A DNA stretch of 64,000 nucleotides, taken from contig JBJKRI010000006.1 of NCBI GenBank assembly GCA_046704725.1, positions 160,001 through 224,000 of the forward strand, given 5' to 3'. The notes below the pieces were generated by a model, which worked only from the letters and a program-made list of their open reading frames with translations, was not told the DNA's origin and did no database searches. Shown piece after piece: positions 1 through 9,427 of this stretch (positions are counted from its first letter, which is position 1; every line of letters starts with the position of its first letter). The DNA comes from Candidatus Woesearchaeota archaeon. Lineage in GTDB: Archaea; Nanobdellota; Nanobdellia; Woesearchaeales; SKIA01. A program made the translations under genes and the position numbers.

Positions 1-175
1 CGCTCCGGTGGCAGCACCGCTCACCTGGGAGGAAGCGCTCGACCCATCGTTCTCGCCGCAACGCTATACCGTCAGGAACATGCATGACCGGCTGCAGCGC
101 GTGGGCGACGTGTGGAAAGGACAGGAGCGACCGGCTCGTCTGAAGACGATGCGGGACGCCTCTTGGGATCAATAG
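1..175 (+). CDS. 3' end of a LigD-type polymerase/primase domain protein (cut by the window start)
   Basis: Frame from nt 2 reads APVAAPLTWEEALDPSFSPQRYTVRNMHDRLQRVGDVW..., resembling the LigD Pol C-terminus (APVSxPLxWxEL...FT...RL...GDPW); stop at 173-175. Confidence 0.65.
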   Translation, partial: APVAAPLTWEEALDPSFSPQRYTVRNMHDRLQRVGDVWKGQERPARLKTMRDASWDQ

Positions 176-714
176 AATCTATCCTTCACGGGACTGTAGG
201 TGTGGAAGACGCGCATGGCAGCGGCGATCACCGTGGTGTAAGCGCCCACGACCCCGTCGCGTTCGATGATATCCAGTTTCGTGCGCGCGACGAGATTGTC
301 GAGCGCTTCCTCCGACCGCAGCCCGAGAAAGCGCATGATGGCCGACTCGTCATGGAACTCGGATGAGAACAGGTCATCCAGACGATCCGCGGGATAGTTG
401 GGGAACCGCTCTCGGAGCAGCGCACGATACGTCGGGTCCTGCTTGGGGACCGCGAACGGGCCGAGCAGCGAGGTGCGGACGAGCGTGCGCACCGTTCCGG
501 GATCGGCGCCAGTCACTTGCAACGCACCATGCTCTGGGTCAGAACGGACACGAGCGGACGGGTAGAGCCGGTGCAGGCGCCATGACAGGTCGCGCCCCAA
601 GGCAGTGACATAACGCCCCGCCAGCGGATCATCTTCCGCTCCCATCCAGTACACCGCCACCGAACCCATGGAGAGGGCATGTCTTCCCCCGATAAAAATG
701 AGCGTGCATAACAT
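169..714 (-). CDS. Hypothetical protein (true start possibly 670)
   Basis: ORF filling the gap; TATA-like AT-rich tract at ~712-720; no recognisable motif. Confidence 0.5.
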   Translation of the reverse strand: MLCTLIFIGGRHALSMGSVAVYWMGAEDDPLAGRYVTALGRDLSWRLHRLYPSARVRSDPEHGALQVTGADPGTVRTLVRTSLLGPFAVPKQDPTYRALLRERFPNYPADRLDDLFSSEFHDESAIMRFLGLRSEEALDNLVARTKLDIIERDGVVGAYTTVIAAAMRVFHTYSPVKDRFY

Positions 715-747
715 TTATATGGGGATTTCCGGTGATTATCCTGCTAG

Positions 748-1044
748 GTGACGCAAGCCACGATCCACGAGCTTTTCGTGTGGAAGCTCAGCAAGGAGTT
801 GGCCAGGGATTATGACCGTGTGCGCACCAACGTCTTTCTCCACGATGACCGACGCGTCCTGGCGGAGATAGACGTGCTCGCCGAAAAAGACGGCGAGGTG
901 CACGTGTACGAGGTCAAGAAGTCCTTGCGACCCACAAAGGCGCGCCTGCAGTTCCGCAAGATACGCAAGCACTTCGCGGGGGACATCGCGAAGTACTTCT
1001 TGTACGCGGCGGATGCGGACCGACTCCTCGAGCTCAGACCGTAG
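748..1044 (+). CDS. Small PD-(D/E)XK nuclease-fold protein
   Basis: EIDVLAEKDGEVHVYEVK matches the D-x(n)-ExK motif; downstream QxxK helix. Confidence 0.7.
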   Translation: MTQATIHELFVWKLSKELARDYDRVRTNVFLHDDRRVLAEIDVLAEKDGEVHVYEVKKSLRPTKARLQFRKIRKHFAGDIAKYFLYAADADRLLELRP

Positions 1045-1155
1045 CGCGTGACAGCGACAAGACCGCGCACCCCCAGAGGGAGCGCTCCCACTGGACATGC
1101 ACGCGCGCCGCGGTTATAAGCGCGCGCAGCCTTGAAGGCAGTGAGGTGATTCGAT

Positions 1156-1263
1156 ATGGATCTTTCGACCGAGACGATAGCGGACATCACGTTCAGACAG
1201 GTGCGCGGCGAGACGAGACGCGCAATGCAAGGCGTCTGGGAGGCGCGGGGGTGGACAGTATGA
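1156..1263 (+). CDS. Putative 35-aa small protein
   Basis: GAGGTGA SD at 1143-1149; MDLSTETIADITFRQVRGETRRAMQGVWEARGWTV; stop overlaps the next ATG (ATGA). Confidence 0.45.
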   Translation: MDLSTETIADITFRQVRGETRRAMQGVWEARGWTV

Positions 1264-1358
1264 GTTTCTACGACTCCGAAGAGGTCGAGGAGGAGCTGTT
1301 CTGCGATGCGCTCGATGCGCATGAAGAAGGTTTCATGCGCGGGTACCTCGCCGCATAG
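1260..1358 (+). CDS. Putative 32-aa acidic small protein
   Basis: MSFYDSEEVEEELFCDALDAHEEGFMRGYLAA; ATGA-coupled to the upstream ORF; followed by a T-rich tract. Confidence 0.55.
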   Translation: MSFYDSEEVEEELFCDALDAHEEGFMRGYLAA

Positions 1359-1404
1359 CGGCTCGTTTCATTCCCTTTTTATACATCCTCGTTCTCACTG
1401 CGAT

Positions 1405-1959
1405 ATGCAGGTGCGACGGGAGGACGTGGAGATGCAGGAACGCCACTTCCTGCCGCTCCTCAAACGATCATTGTTCATCCATCCCACAGATACGTTCTAC
1501 GGCATCGGCTGCGACGCGACGGATGCCCGGCTCGTGATGCGCTTGCGCGTGCTCAAACGCTGGCAGACACAACCGTTCACCGTCATCGCCCCGAGCGTGG
1601 ACTGGGTGATCGAGAACATGGACGTCCCGTCCGACGTGGCCAAGCACTTCCCCGGACCGGTGACGGTCATCGCGCGCGCCAAGAACCCTGATTGCGTCTG
1701 CGAGGACGTGCATCTCGGCTCGAAGACGTTCGGTGTTCGCATCCCGAACCACTGGATCGCCGACATCGTCGCGAAGCTGGGGATACCCGTCGTGTCGAGT
1801 TGCGCGAACAAGCGCGCCGAAGATCTCATGACGAGCCTGGAGAACGCGGACAAGGAACTCGTGGAAGCGGCGGAGGTCGTATTGCACGAAGGGCCCAAGC
1901 GAGGGCGCGCGGCGCTTTTCATCGACTACACGGAAGGCGCGCAAATCATCACGGAGTAG
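1405..1959 (+). CDS. sua5: Threonylcarbamoyl-AMP synthase, short TsaC/Sua5 type
   Basis: PTDTFYGIGCDA, KR...P, PGPVT, GVRIP and SSCAN motifs. Confidence 0.88.
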   Translation: MQVRREDVEMQERHFLPLLKRSLFIHPTDTFYGIGCDATDARLVMRLRVLKRWQTQPFTVIAPSVDWVIENMDVPSDVAKHFPGPVTVIARAKNPDCVCEDVHLGSKTFGVRIPNHWIADIVAKLGIPVVSSCANKRAEDLMTSLENADKELVEAAEVVLHEGPKRGRAALFIDYTEGAQIITE

Positions 1960-3874
1960 ACCAGTGTTGCACGAGCAGCACGAGGTCGAAGATGTTCACC
2001 GTGCCGTCTCCATTCAAGTCCGCTCCTGCAGTGTAGCCGCTCGTCTTATGCAGGTTCTCGACCTCCAAGACGAGGTCCTGCAAGTCGACCTTCCCGTCGC
2101 CGGTCAGGTCGCCCGGCGAGGCGGCGGTGTTGTAACCGACCTCGGTCAGCCACATCACGGACGGATACCCGGAACTGCCCTGGTCCGCCGGCTGATAGAG
2201 CCTGAATATCGTGGCGTTCGCCGGCGGGAACGTGACATTCGAGCGCGCGACATCGCCAGAGTAGAGCACCGTTGTCACATTCGAGAAAGCGGTGCCGTTC
2301 CAATATTGCACGACGATGTGCTGGGAGGTCATGTAGGATGACAGCCTCGAATTATACGCCCAATCGATCGTGAAAGCGTGCAACACGGTCGGGGCAGGAA
2401 AAGTGAATTCGATCCAGTGCGGAGAGGTCGTGCTCTCGGCCGACGCCCAAGTAGTGGCCGTGCCTCCTGTCGCATTGATGACGCTGTCATGGATGACCGC
2501 GGACGAGTAGCCCGCGTAGGTACTGTCCACCGACACGACGAGCGACGACGACGGGGCCGACACAGAGAAGGATACGGGATAATCAGTGGGGTCCACGTTG
2601 CCGGACGAGTCGTTGCAGCGCACGTTATAGGAGTATGACGCGCCGTCCTGCAGACCTGTCAACGCGGCAGTGTGATGGATGCCGTCGGTCGTGGAGAAAG
2701 CGTCGGTCATGGATGCGTACGGGGTCCCCGATGAGACGCTGTACCTGCATGTCGCGTTCTCGTTCGTCTGCACCGAGAGCGTCGCGTTGGTCGTGCCTGA
2801 CGGAAGCGGTCCGGAGGGAGAGCCCGCAGAGACGACGGGCGGGGTCGTGCCGGTCGTATTCGGAGCGGGTCCACAGCTGATGTACTGGGTGCTGACCGCG
2901 ACGTCGTCGAACCAGATCCGGTTGCTGTACGTCACTTCACCAGCTGGGATGTAGTGCTGGAGCCACGCCTTGTTGAGTCCGACGTCGGAGGTGTCTCTGA
3001 ACGCGATGCCTGTGTGGGTATCCATGAGCTGGCCGTTGAGCCAGAACTGCATGACCGAATCGTTCTTGCCCGGCGTGTTGAGCTTGAGGTGCAGTTCCAG
3101 GCATTCCCACGGTCCCTCCGGCAAGGTCACGGCCGGCGAAGGATGGAAGACGTTGCCCCAGCAGCACTCGGGACCGTTCGTGCACGCCAAGCCGCGAGAA
3201 GCACATTGGGTGCAGATGTTCTGGACGTACGAGCCGCTGCAATACCAGTTCGGATCGTACTGGACCTCACCTGGATCGCAGTGCATCGCTGGGAAATAAG
3301 TGTACCAGAACAGGCTCCCGGCGCTGTCCATGTCGAGGGTCGTTCCGACGGACAAATTGCCTGTCGGTCGGCAGCCGGCCGTGCCTTCGCTGTTCCAGTA
3401 GCCGTCAGGGGTCGTCCCGCCGATGGAAAGGAAGTGATGGACATGCTGGTGGTCCGGCGCGAGCTTCACCCACGTCCGGAAGTACAGCTCGTCGTGATTG
3501 AGGAGATTGCAACCCTGCTGCTTGGTGCCATTGCAGTCGCGCCAGGTGAGCGACGCCCCTTGATAACCGGCGGAAGCAGCCGCCGGCATATACAAGGACC
3601 ACTGCCCGTCGTGCGACTCGTTGTCCACGAGCTGAATCTGACCAGGGATATTGCCGCTCGCGTTGCAGCCGAGGCATTCCACCCAGGGCGACTGGGCGAA
3701 CCAGGCGTTCCAGCCGAGGCTGCCGTTCTCGAAATCCTCGCACATCAGATATCCTGGCTGCGGGTGCGCGCAATCCAGCATGGCTTGGTCACTGACACTT
3801 GTGGGAGCGCTGGAGGCTGCGGTGGCCAGCGCGCAGAAAAGCACAGCCACCAACCCATACACGATGAGGCGCAT
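1949..3874 (-). CDS. Secreted multidomain protein: Cys-rich polysaccharide-lyase/ConA-like region, Ig-like and F5/8-like domains, C-terminal dockerin-like domain
   Basis: Signal peptide; CEDFE..., WECLELHLKLNTPG...WLNG, WFDDVAVST; paired GDLTGDGKVDLQDL / ADLNGDGTVNIFDL Ca-binding repeats. Confidence 0.7.
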   Translation of the reverse strand: MRLIVYGLVAVLFCALATAASSAPTSVSDQAMLDCAHPQPGYLMCEDFENGSLGWNAWFAQSPWVECLGCNASGNIPGQIQLVDNESHDGQWSLYMPAAASAGYQGASLTWRDCNGTKQQGCNLLNHDELYFRTWVKLAPDHQHVHHFLSIGGTTPDGYWNSEGTAGCRPTGNLSVGTTLDMDSAGSLFWYTYFPAMHCDPGEVQYDPNWYCSGSYVQNICTQCASRGLACTNGPECCWGNVFHPSPAVTLPEGPWECLELHLKLNTPGKNDSVMQFWLNGQLMDTHTGIAFRDTSDVGLNKAWLQHYIPAGEVTYSNRIWFDDVAVSTQYISCGPAPNTTGTTPPVVSAGSPSGPLPSGTTNATLSVQTNENATCRYSVSSGTPYASMTDAFSTTDGIHHTAALTGLQDGASYSYNVRCNDSSGNVDPTDYPVSFSVSAPSSSLVVSVDSTYAGYSSAVIHDSVINATGGTATTWASAESTTSPHWIEFTFPAPTVLHAFTIDWAYNSRLSSYMTSQHIVVQYWNGTAFSNVTTVLYSGDVARSNVTFPPANATIFRLYQPADQGSSGYPSVMWLTEVGYNTAASPGDLTGDGKVDLQDLVLEVENLHKTSGYTAGADLNGDGTVNIFDLVLLVQHWSTP

Positions 3875-3938
3875 ATGAGTGCTTGCGCGAGGGGCTAATT
3901 AAGGTTTATGCGCCTGTAATTTCGATTATGATGAAGGA

Positions 3939-5369
3939 TCAGCCCTTCAGCACGCCCAAAGGCACCAAGCGCACGACAGGACGTGCGATGCCTGCCTGCT
4001 CCGTCACGCGGATGACCTCGTCCACATCCTTGTAGACCATCGGGGCCTCCTCGGCCACGCCTTTCATGGAGGCCGCCTTGACATGGATGTGGCGTTGGAG
4101 GAGATCCTTAGTCACCTGCTGTCCATGGAAACGCTTCTTGGCCTGTGTGCGCGACATCAAGCGACCGGCGCCGTGCGCCGAGGAGCCGAACGTCTCGCTC
4201 ATGGCCTTTTCCGTGCCGATGAGGATGTAGGAGGCCGTTCCCATGGAACCAGGGATGAGGACGGGCTGGCCGAACGAGCGGTACACCCCGGGCACCTCCT
4301 CTCGCCCTGCAGGAAAAGCGCGCGTCGCGCCCTTGCGATGGACGAAGACATCCACCTTTTTGCCGTCGACCACGTGGGTCTCGCGCTTGGCGATGTTGTG
4401 CGCGATATCATAGACCTGCTTGACAGAGCAGCCCGGGAACAATCGGGAGAAGGCCTTCCGCACCTGGTGCGCGATGACCTGCCGGTTGCAGAAGGCGAAG
4501 TTCGCCGCGGCCCGCATCGCGCCGAGATAGTCATTGGCGACCGTCGAGGACAGGGGCGCGTAGGCGAGATTCTTCTCCGGCAACGCAGCCATGATATCGG
4601 GGAAGGTACGCTCGATCTCACGCAGATAGTCCGTGCAGACCTGATGGCCCATACCGCGGCTGCCGCAATGGATCATGACGCAGACCTGGCCCTCGTGCGT
4701 GATGCCGAAGGCCCTCGCTGCTTCCTTGTCCTGGATGCTCTCGACGACCTGCACCTCTAGGAAATGATTGCCCGCGCCCAGAGTGCCGAGCTGGTTCATG
4801 CCACGTCCCTTCGCACGGTCGGAGACCTTGGCAGGGTCGGACGCGTCGAAACGGCCGTTCTCCTCCGTGCGCTCGATATCCTGCTCGGTCGCGAAACCAT
4901 GGGAGAGCGCCCAACCGCTTCCTTCTCGAAGCACCTCATCGAGCTCCTGCCTGGAGAGACGGATACTGCTCTTGACGCCCACGCCGACCGGAACGGACTG
5001 GGCGAGGAGCTCGAGCAGGGCTTCGATGCGCTCCTCCACGACATCCGCATCAAGGTCGGTCGCGAGGACGCGCACGCCACAATTGATGTCGAAGCCGATC
5101 GCTCCAGGTGAGACGATGCCGTCCTTCGCGTCGAAGGCGGCGACGCCTCCGACCGTGAAGCCGTAGCCCACGTGCATATCGGGCATGCCGAGAGCGGCGC
5201 CCACGACACCAGGCAGGCCAGCGGCGTTCTCCACCTGCTGGACGGCAGAATCCTCGACCATATCATGGAGCTTCTCAGACAAAAAGAGCTTTCCCGGAAC
5301 ACGCATCTTCCCGCTCTTCGGGAGGACATACGTGACATCGGATGTCTTTTTGAGCCGCTCTTTCGCCAT
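3939..5369 (-). CDS. rtcB: RNA-splicing ligase RtcB
   Basis: MPDMHVGYG, GFDINCG, GTLGAGNHFLE, HCGSRG, HRKGAT, PGSMG, HGAGR and EEAP.VYK motifs. Confidence 0.97.
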   Translation of the reverse strand: MAKERLKKTSDVTYVLPKSGKMRVPGKLFLSEKLHDMVEDSAVQQVENAAGLPGVVGAALGMPDMHVGYGFTVGGVAAFDAKDGIVSPGAIGFDINCGVRVLATDLDADVVEERIEALLELLAQSVPVGVGVKSSIRLSRQELDEVLREGSGWALSHGFATEQDIERTEENGRFDASDPAKVSDRAKGRGMNQLGTLGAGNHFLEVQVVESIQDKEAARAFGITHEGQVCVMIHCGSRGMGHQVCTDYLREIERTFPDIMAALPEKNLAYAPLSSTVANDYLGAMRAAANFAFCNRQVIAHQVRKAFSRLFPGCSVKQVYDIAHNIAKRETHVVDGKKVDVFVHRKGATRAFPAGREEVPGVYRSFGQPVLIPGSMGTASYILIGTEKAMSETFGSSAHGAGRLMSRTQAKKRFHGQQVTKDLLQRHIHVKAASMKGVAEEAPMVYKDVDEVIRVTEQAGIARPVVRLVPLGVLKG

Positions 5370-5403
5370 TAACCGCCCGCAATGGCCGGTCGTTTAAAAA
5401 ATG

Positions 5404-5811
5404 TCAGATATCGAGCGTCACTCGTACGAGGCAGGGCGTTCCCTCCTCGACGCGCATGTCGTGGTACGTCGGCGCTTTGACATCACCATGGCGGGCGTAG
5501 CGCGCAGCGTCATCACCAGAGAGCTTCCCGGAGAGGTTCCAATCCTTGTTGTGCGTGATCCGCAGGTCCGCCGAGGAGACGAAAAGACCCTCGGTGTCCA
5601 AGAGCACGATGAGCTCGGAGAGATAGTCGAAGAACAACGCCTCCTTGCTCTCGGCGCGTATCAGGATAGGGACGCTGCGCTCCGCCCGGACATCCTCATC
5701 CGTCATTACATGCGTGAGCGCCTTGGCCGCTTCGGAGAACGCCTCTGCGAGGGTTTCCCCGGTGGCCTCGAACTTCACCTCCGCGGTGTGCGGGAGATAG
5801 CGATAGGGCAT
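5404..5811 (-). CDS. Archease (RtcB cofactor)
   Basis: YRYLPHTAEV at the N-terminus, VKAPTYH, C-terminal LDI; directly upstream of rtcB. Confidence 0.93.
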   Translation of the reverse strand: MPYRYLPHTAEVKFEATGETLAEAFSEAAKALTHVMTDEDVRAERSVPILIRAESKEALFFDYLSELIVLLDTEGLFVSSADLRITHNKDWNLSGKLSGDDAARYARHGDVKAPTYHDMRVEEGTPCLVRVTLDI

Positions 5812-6023
5812 CAGTAGGGCTCGATGCGCACATCAGTGCGCTCGGGAGCGGGGGCCGGCTCGCTTTCCGTGTCGAACATGTTGAGCATGCCGGGGCTCGG
5901 CTCGACAGGCTCTGAGCGGACGGGCTCAGGATAGGCAGAGTCGCCGGCGAGGCGTCGGAGGAAATCGGCCGCCTGACGCAGGCGCTGCGCCGAGTCCTTC
6001 TCGGTGTCGATGGTGAGTATCAT
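5811..6023 (-). CDS. Small hypothetical protein, first gene of the archease-rtcB operon
   Basis: Stop/start overlap with archease; TATA-like tract near 6046-6054. Confidence 0.7.
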   Translation of the reverse strand: MILTIDTEKDSAQRLRQAADFLRRLAGDSAYPEPVRSEPVEPSPGMLNMFDTESEPAPAPERTDVRIEPY

Positions 6024-6146
6024 GTCCGGAAAGCGGCGAGACTGCTATATAAAACCGCCGCGGGGCCGGACAAACGCCCGGAAGTCAGGCGGTATTCCCG
6101 CCCCGAAGGAACAAGGCATCTAAACCGCGCGTGCACCAACGCATGC

Positions 6147-7289
6147 ATGAAACACCTCATCATCCTCGCGCTGCTCGTGCTGCCACTGGTGGCCGCGGTG
6201 CGCATCGACATGATCTATCCGGACGCGTTCAACGAGAGCGGCAGCGAATTCGTACTGCTCAACAACACCGGCGACGCCGTGAACGTGGACGGCTGGCACC
6301 TCGCGACAGCGACGTCAGACACGGACGCGACGCTCAGCGGAACGATACCTGCGAACAGCACGTACCTGATGGCGGATGCCGGCTGGAGCACGGGAAAAGA
6401 CGACAGCGCATGGCCGGACGCCGACCATGAGGAGACCTTGACGATGCCGAACAGCGCGGGCTTCGTGCAGCTTTTCGACGCGGACGGGAACGTCGTGGAC
6501 ACGGTGGGCTACGGGGACGCGCAGCGCTTCGACGGGACACCAGCAGCGGCTCCGGACGAGGGATTCGCCCTGGTGCGCGTCAACGACACGGGGAACAACA
6601 GCGCCGACTTCGTGGCGGAAAAGCCGCGGTTCAGCATGACAGGAGGAGAGAGCGGCGCGACGATACTCGTTGTGAACGTGACCGACAGCGCCCCCCACAT
6701 CACGGACGTGTCGCTGGCCGACGCCGCCCCGGAACCGGGCATACAGGCCCTCGATATCTCGAACAGCACGATCACCGTGAACGTGACAGTGGTGGACGAC
6801 AACGGTCTTGGGAACCTGACCGTCACGGCGGGCGGAATCGCCCTCACTCTGCAGGAAGGCGTCTGGACCGGCTATTGCCATATCGAGAACGGCAGCTGCC
6901 ATATCGTGGCGGACGACGGGACGCTCCAGGATGCGACGGACATATCCGTTGAGCTCCTGCCGGCAGTGAGCATCGACGTGCAGCAGACGCTCGCGCTCAA
7001 GACGGAAGCGGGCGTCCCCGCGAACGGGACGATCATCGTGCGCAACACGGGCGGTCTACCGGTGGACATCCAGGTCGGCGGCACGGTGCCCGCGCTCGGA
7101 CAGACGGTCGTCGGCCAGGTGCAGTATGGACTGTTCGGAGAGGAATTCCCGTTGACGGACAGCTTCCGCGGCCACGCCGTCAACCTCACGCCAGGAAGCG
7201 ACCTTGCCATCGACGTGCAGGTGACGCCCGGAGCGGTCGGTGCGGGCACGTACCTCGGACGGCTCGTGGTGGTGGCCGTCGCGCGATGA
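6147..7289 (+). CDS. Secreted lamin-tail-domain protein
   Basis: Signal peptide; IDMIYPD...EFVLLNN...VNVDGWHL...VQLFDADGNVVDTVGYG...DTGNNSADF. Confidence 0.8.
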   Translation: MKHLIILALLVLPLVAAVRIDMIYPDAFNESGSEFVLLNNTGDAVNVDGWHLATATSDTDATLSGTIPANSTYLMADAGWSTGKDDSAWPDADHEETLTMPNSAGFVQLFDADGNVVDTVGYGDAQRFDGTPAAAPDEGFALVRVNDTGNNSADFVAEKPRFSMTGGESGATILVVNVTDSAPHITDVSLADAAPEPGIQALDISNSTITVNVTVVDDNGLGNLTVTAGGIALTLQEGVWTGYCHIENGSCHIVADDGTLQDATDISVELLPAVSIDVQQTLALKTEAGVPANGTIIVRNTGGLPVDIQVGGTVPALGQTVVGQVQYGLFGEEFPLTDSFRGHAVNLTPGSDLAIDVQVTPGAVGAGTYLGRLVVVAVAR

Positions 7290-7780
7290 TCGCGCTCTTG
7301 CTGCTCGCGGTGCATCCTGCGATGCTCAACCTCACCGCGGCGCCAGGAGCGCTCGTGGACGTACCGCTCACGATCCAGGGAGAAGGGAAGTACTCCATCG
7401 TCGGGGGCGGCTCGCTGAGCGGCAGCGAGGACCGGACGATCACCGGAGTCTCCCGTCAGGAAGCGCAGCTGCGCGTCAGGCCAGACACCCCTCCAGGTCT
7501 AGGGACAGGATACGTCTATATCATCCCCAAAGGCGGAGACATGGCCGCAGGGGTCGGTGTTAGGGTGAATCTCAATATCACGCCCGCGACAGGGACGTCG
7601 AGCATCGTTCCGGGGACAGCGCACCTGTTGCTGTCGACACCCCCGGCAGCGCTCGCAGGGGGTGGGGCATTGCTCGTCGCGGGAGCGTTGTTCGGGACGG
7701 GAGCGATCAGGATCTCGAAAGGAAACGGGAAGCGTTCTCCCAGAGCAGGCGGGCGCACTCCTCCTCCGACAATCCCTTGA
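7286..7780 (+). CDS. Membrane-anchored hypothetical protein
   Basis: ATGA-coupled to the upstream gene; hydrophobic N-terminus, C-terminal TM segment and basic tail. Confidence 0.6.
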   Translation: MIALLLLAVHPAMLNLTAAPGALVDVPLTIQGEGKYSIVGGGSLSGSEDRTITGVSRQEAQLRVRPDTPPGLGTGYVYIIPKGGDMAAGVGVRVNLNITPATGTSSIVPGTAHLLLSTPPAALAGGGALLVAGALFGTGAIRISKGNGKRSPRAGGRTPPPTIP

Positions 7781-8444
7781 TGCGAGCGATCTCCTTCACC
7801 ACGAGGACGATGTTAGCGGGCTCGTTCTTCTTCTCGCGGTCGGGGGATAGCCACGGACTGTCCGTCTCGGTCAATAACTGCTCCATAGGGACCTCCTCGA
7901 CGAGGCGCTGGAAGTGCGTCGCTCGAACGATGGTCGCGGGGATGCTGAAGTAACAACCCATCGCCGCCGCGCGCTTCGCGAGCTTCAGGGAGCCGCCGAA
8001 GCAGTGCATGTCCGCGACGACGCTCCGCCCCTCCAGGAGTTCGATGACATCCGCTTCCGCTTTCCTGCTGTGGATGAGGAGCGGTTTCTTGATCTCCTCG
8101 GCGAGGTCGAGGACCTTGGTGAAGACGTCACGCATCCTCTTTTTGTGCGTGTCGTCATAATGATAGTCGATGCCCACCTCGCCGATGGCGATCGGATCGC
8201 GCTGCTTGATGCCATCGAGGACCGCGTCGACCTCCTCATCGGAGAGCTCGACGGCATCGGTGGGGTACAACCCGAGAGCGGCCTCGACCTCGGGGAAGCG
8301 CTCGGCGAGAGCGAGCGCCTTCCTGTTGGAATCAGGCCCGGTGCCGTTGGTGAGGATGAGACCGACGCCAGACTCCTTGGCGCGCGAGACGATCGACGCG
8401 GGATCGTCGTAGGAGTCGAGATGGCAATGGATGTCGTACCGCAT
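7707..8444 (-). CDS. tatD: TatD family nuclease
   Basis: DIHCHLD, AIGEVGID, IHSR, MHCF, LLTETDSP and NEP motifs. Confidence 0.93.
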   Translation of the reverse strand: MRYDIHCHLDSYDDPASIVSRAKESGVGLILTNGTGPDSNRKALALAERFPEVEAALGLYPTDAVELSDEEVDAVLDGIKQRDPIAIGEVGIDYHYDDTHKKRMRDVFTKVLDLAEEIKKPLLIHSRKAEADVIELLEGRSVVADMHCFGGSLKLAKRAAAMGCYFSIPATIVRATHFQRLVEEVPMEQLLTETDSPWLSPDREKKNEPANIVLVVKEIARIKGLSEEECARLLWENASRFLSRS

Positions 8445-8480
8445 GAGAGCACGAACGAGAGGAACTATTAGAAGGAATCG

Positions 8481-8873
8481 CTAAAGCTTCTTGGCGGCGG
8501 CGTGGCGTCGGAAGGACTCGACGATGTCGATGACGTACTTGCCGTCCTCGAGCTTGTAGACCAGGGGCTGGCGGTCGGTGAAAAGGTTGACCAGGTCGAG
8601 CTCGTAGCGGCCGGGTCCGAGGATGTTGATCGACTCGATGTCCAAGACGACGGGCTTGTCCCGGTCGATCTCGTCGCCGATGAGGCTGAGCACGTCGCTC
8701 TCTATCTGGTTGCGCTGCTCCTCGGAGAGGGCCGCGCCACGCTTCTTGGCCTCCTCGACCTTGTTCTTCTTGACGTAGAAGAAGAACTTCCCGCCGCATT
8801 TGCTGCAGCCGTCGAGGATCTCCTTGCTACCGTCGTCGTAGAAGGTGTTGCACTGCACGCACTGGTGGGGCAT
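8481..8873 (-). CDS. oapC: Zn-ribbon protein, DUF2072 (OapC/ArvC-like)
   Basis: MPHQCVQC...ILDGCSKCGGKFFFY; IESINILGPGRYELDL. Confidence 0.85.
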   Translation of the reverse strand: MPHQCVQCNTFYDDGSKEILDGCSKCGGKFFFYVKKNKVEEAKKRGAALSEEQRNQIESDVLSLIGDEIDRDKPVVLDIESINILGPGRYELDLVNLFTDRQPLVYKLEDGKYVIDIVESFRRHAAAKKL

Positions 8874-8912
8874 GTGCCTAGCAGTCTCAGACGCGCTATA
8901 TAAAGGATTCGC

Positions 8913-9365
8913 TTAGCCGAGGAGGTCCAGGGCCGCGACGCAGAGCCGCCTGGTGCTCTCCGGGATATCCATGCTCTCTATCTCCTCGCGGGTGCACCAC
9001 TTGCAGACCGTGCGCTCGTGATTGTCGGGCTGCACGACACGGTCGCTGTCGGCGCTGGCCGCGAACTCGATGCAGAAGTGGTCGTGGGTCTCGGACACCT
9101 TGTGCCGGTCGATCGCGAGGGGCTGCGGGAAGAGCGTGAACTCGTCTCCTGGAGCGTAATCAGGCTCTCCGGGGATGTGCACGTCCAGGCCGACCTCCTC
9201 CTTGGCTTCCCGATGGGCAGCCTGGAGCGGATCCTCTCCCGGGTCGACGTGGCCACCGACTCCCAGCCAGAGGTCCCATTTGTCGTGCAGCCGCAGCAGG
9301 ACCTTCCCGTCGTGCACGATCCAGAGCTGGACCACGAAACAGCAGCTGTCGTCGGTGTGCGGCAT
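8913..9365 (-). CDS. NUDIX hydrolase
   Basis: Nudix box GGHVDPGEDPLQAAHREAKEEVGL. Confidence 0.92.
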   Translation of the reverse strand: MPHTDDSCCFVVQLWIVHDGKVLLRLHDKWDLWLGVGGHVDPGEDPLQAAHREAKEEVGLDVHIPGEPDYAPGDEFTLFPQPLAIDRHKVSETHDHFCIEFAASADSDRVVQPDNHERTVCKWCTREEIESMDIPESTRRLCVAALDLLG

Positions 9366-9427
9366 ATGACAGATGAGCAGACAACTCGCTCAAAAGCTTT
9401 CGTGTGCGCGACGTGCGGAAAACAAAC

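Noticed and set aside
6050-6110. Small RNA in the hairpin CGGGGC...GCCCCG between divergent genes
   Set aside because: A short GC-rich stem is expected by chance at this GC content, and nothing else supports it.
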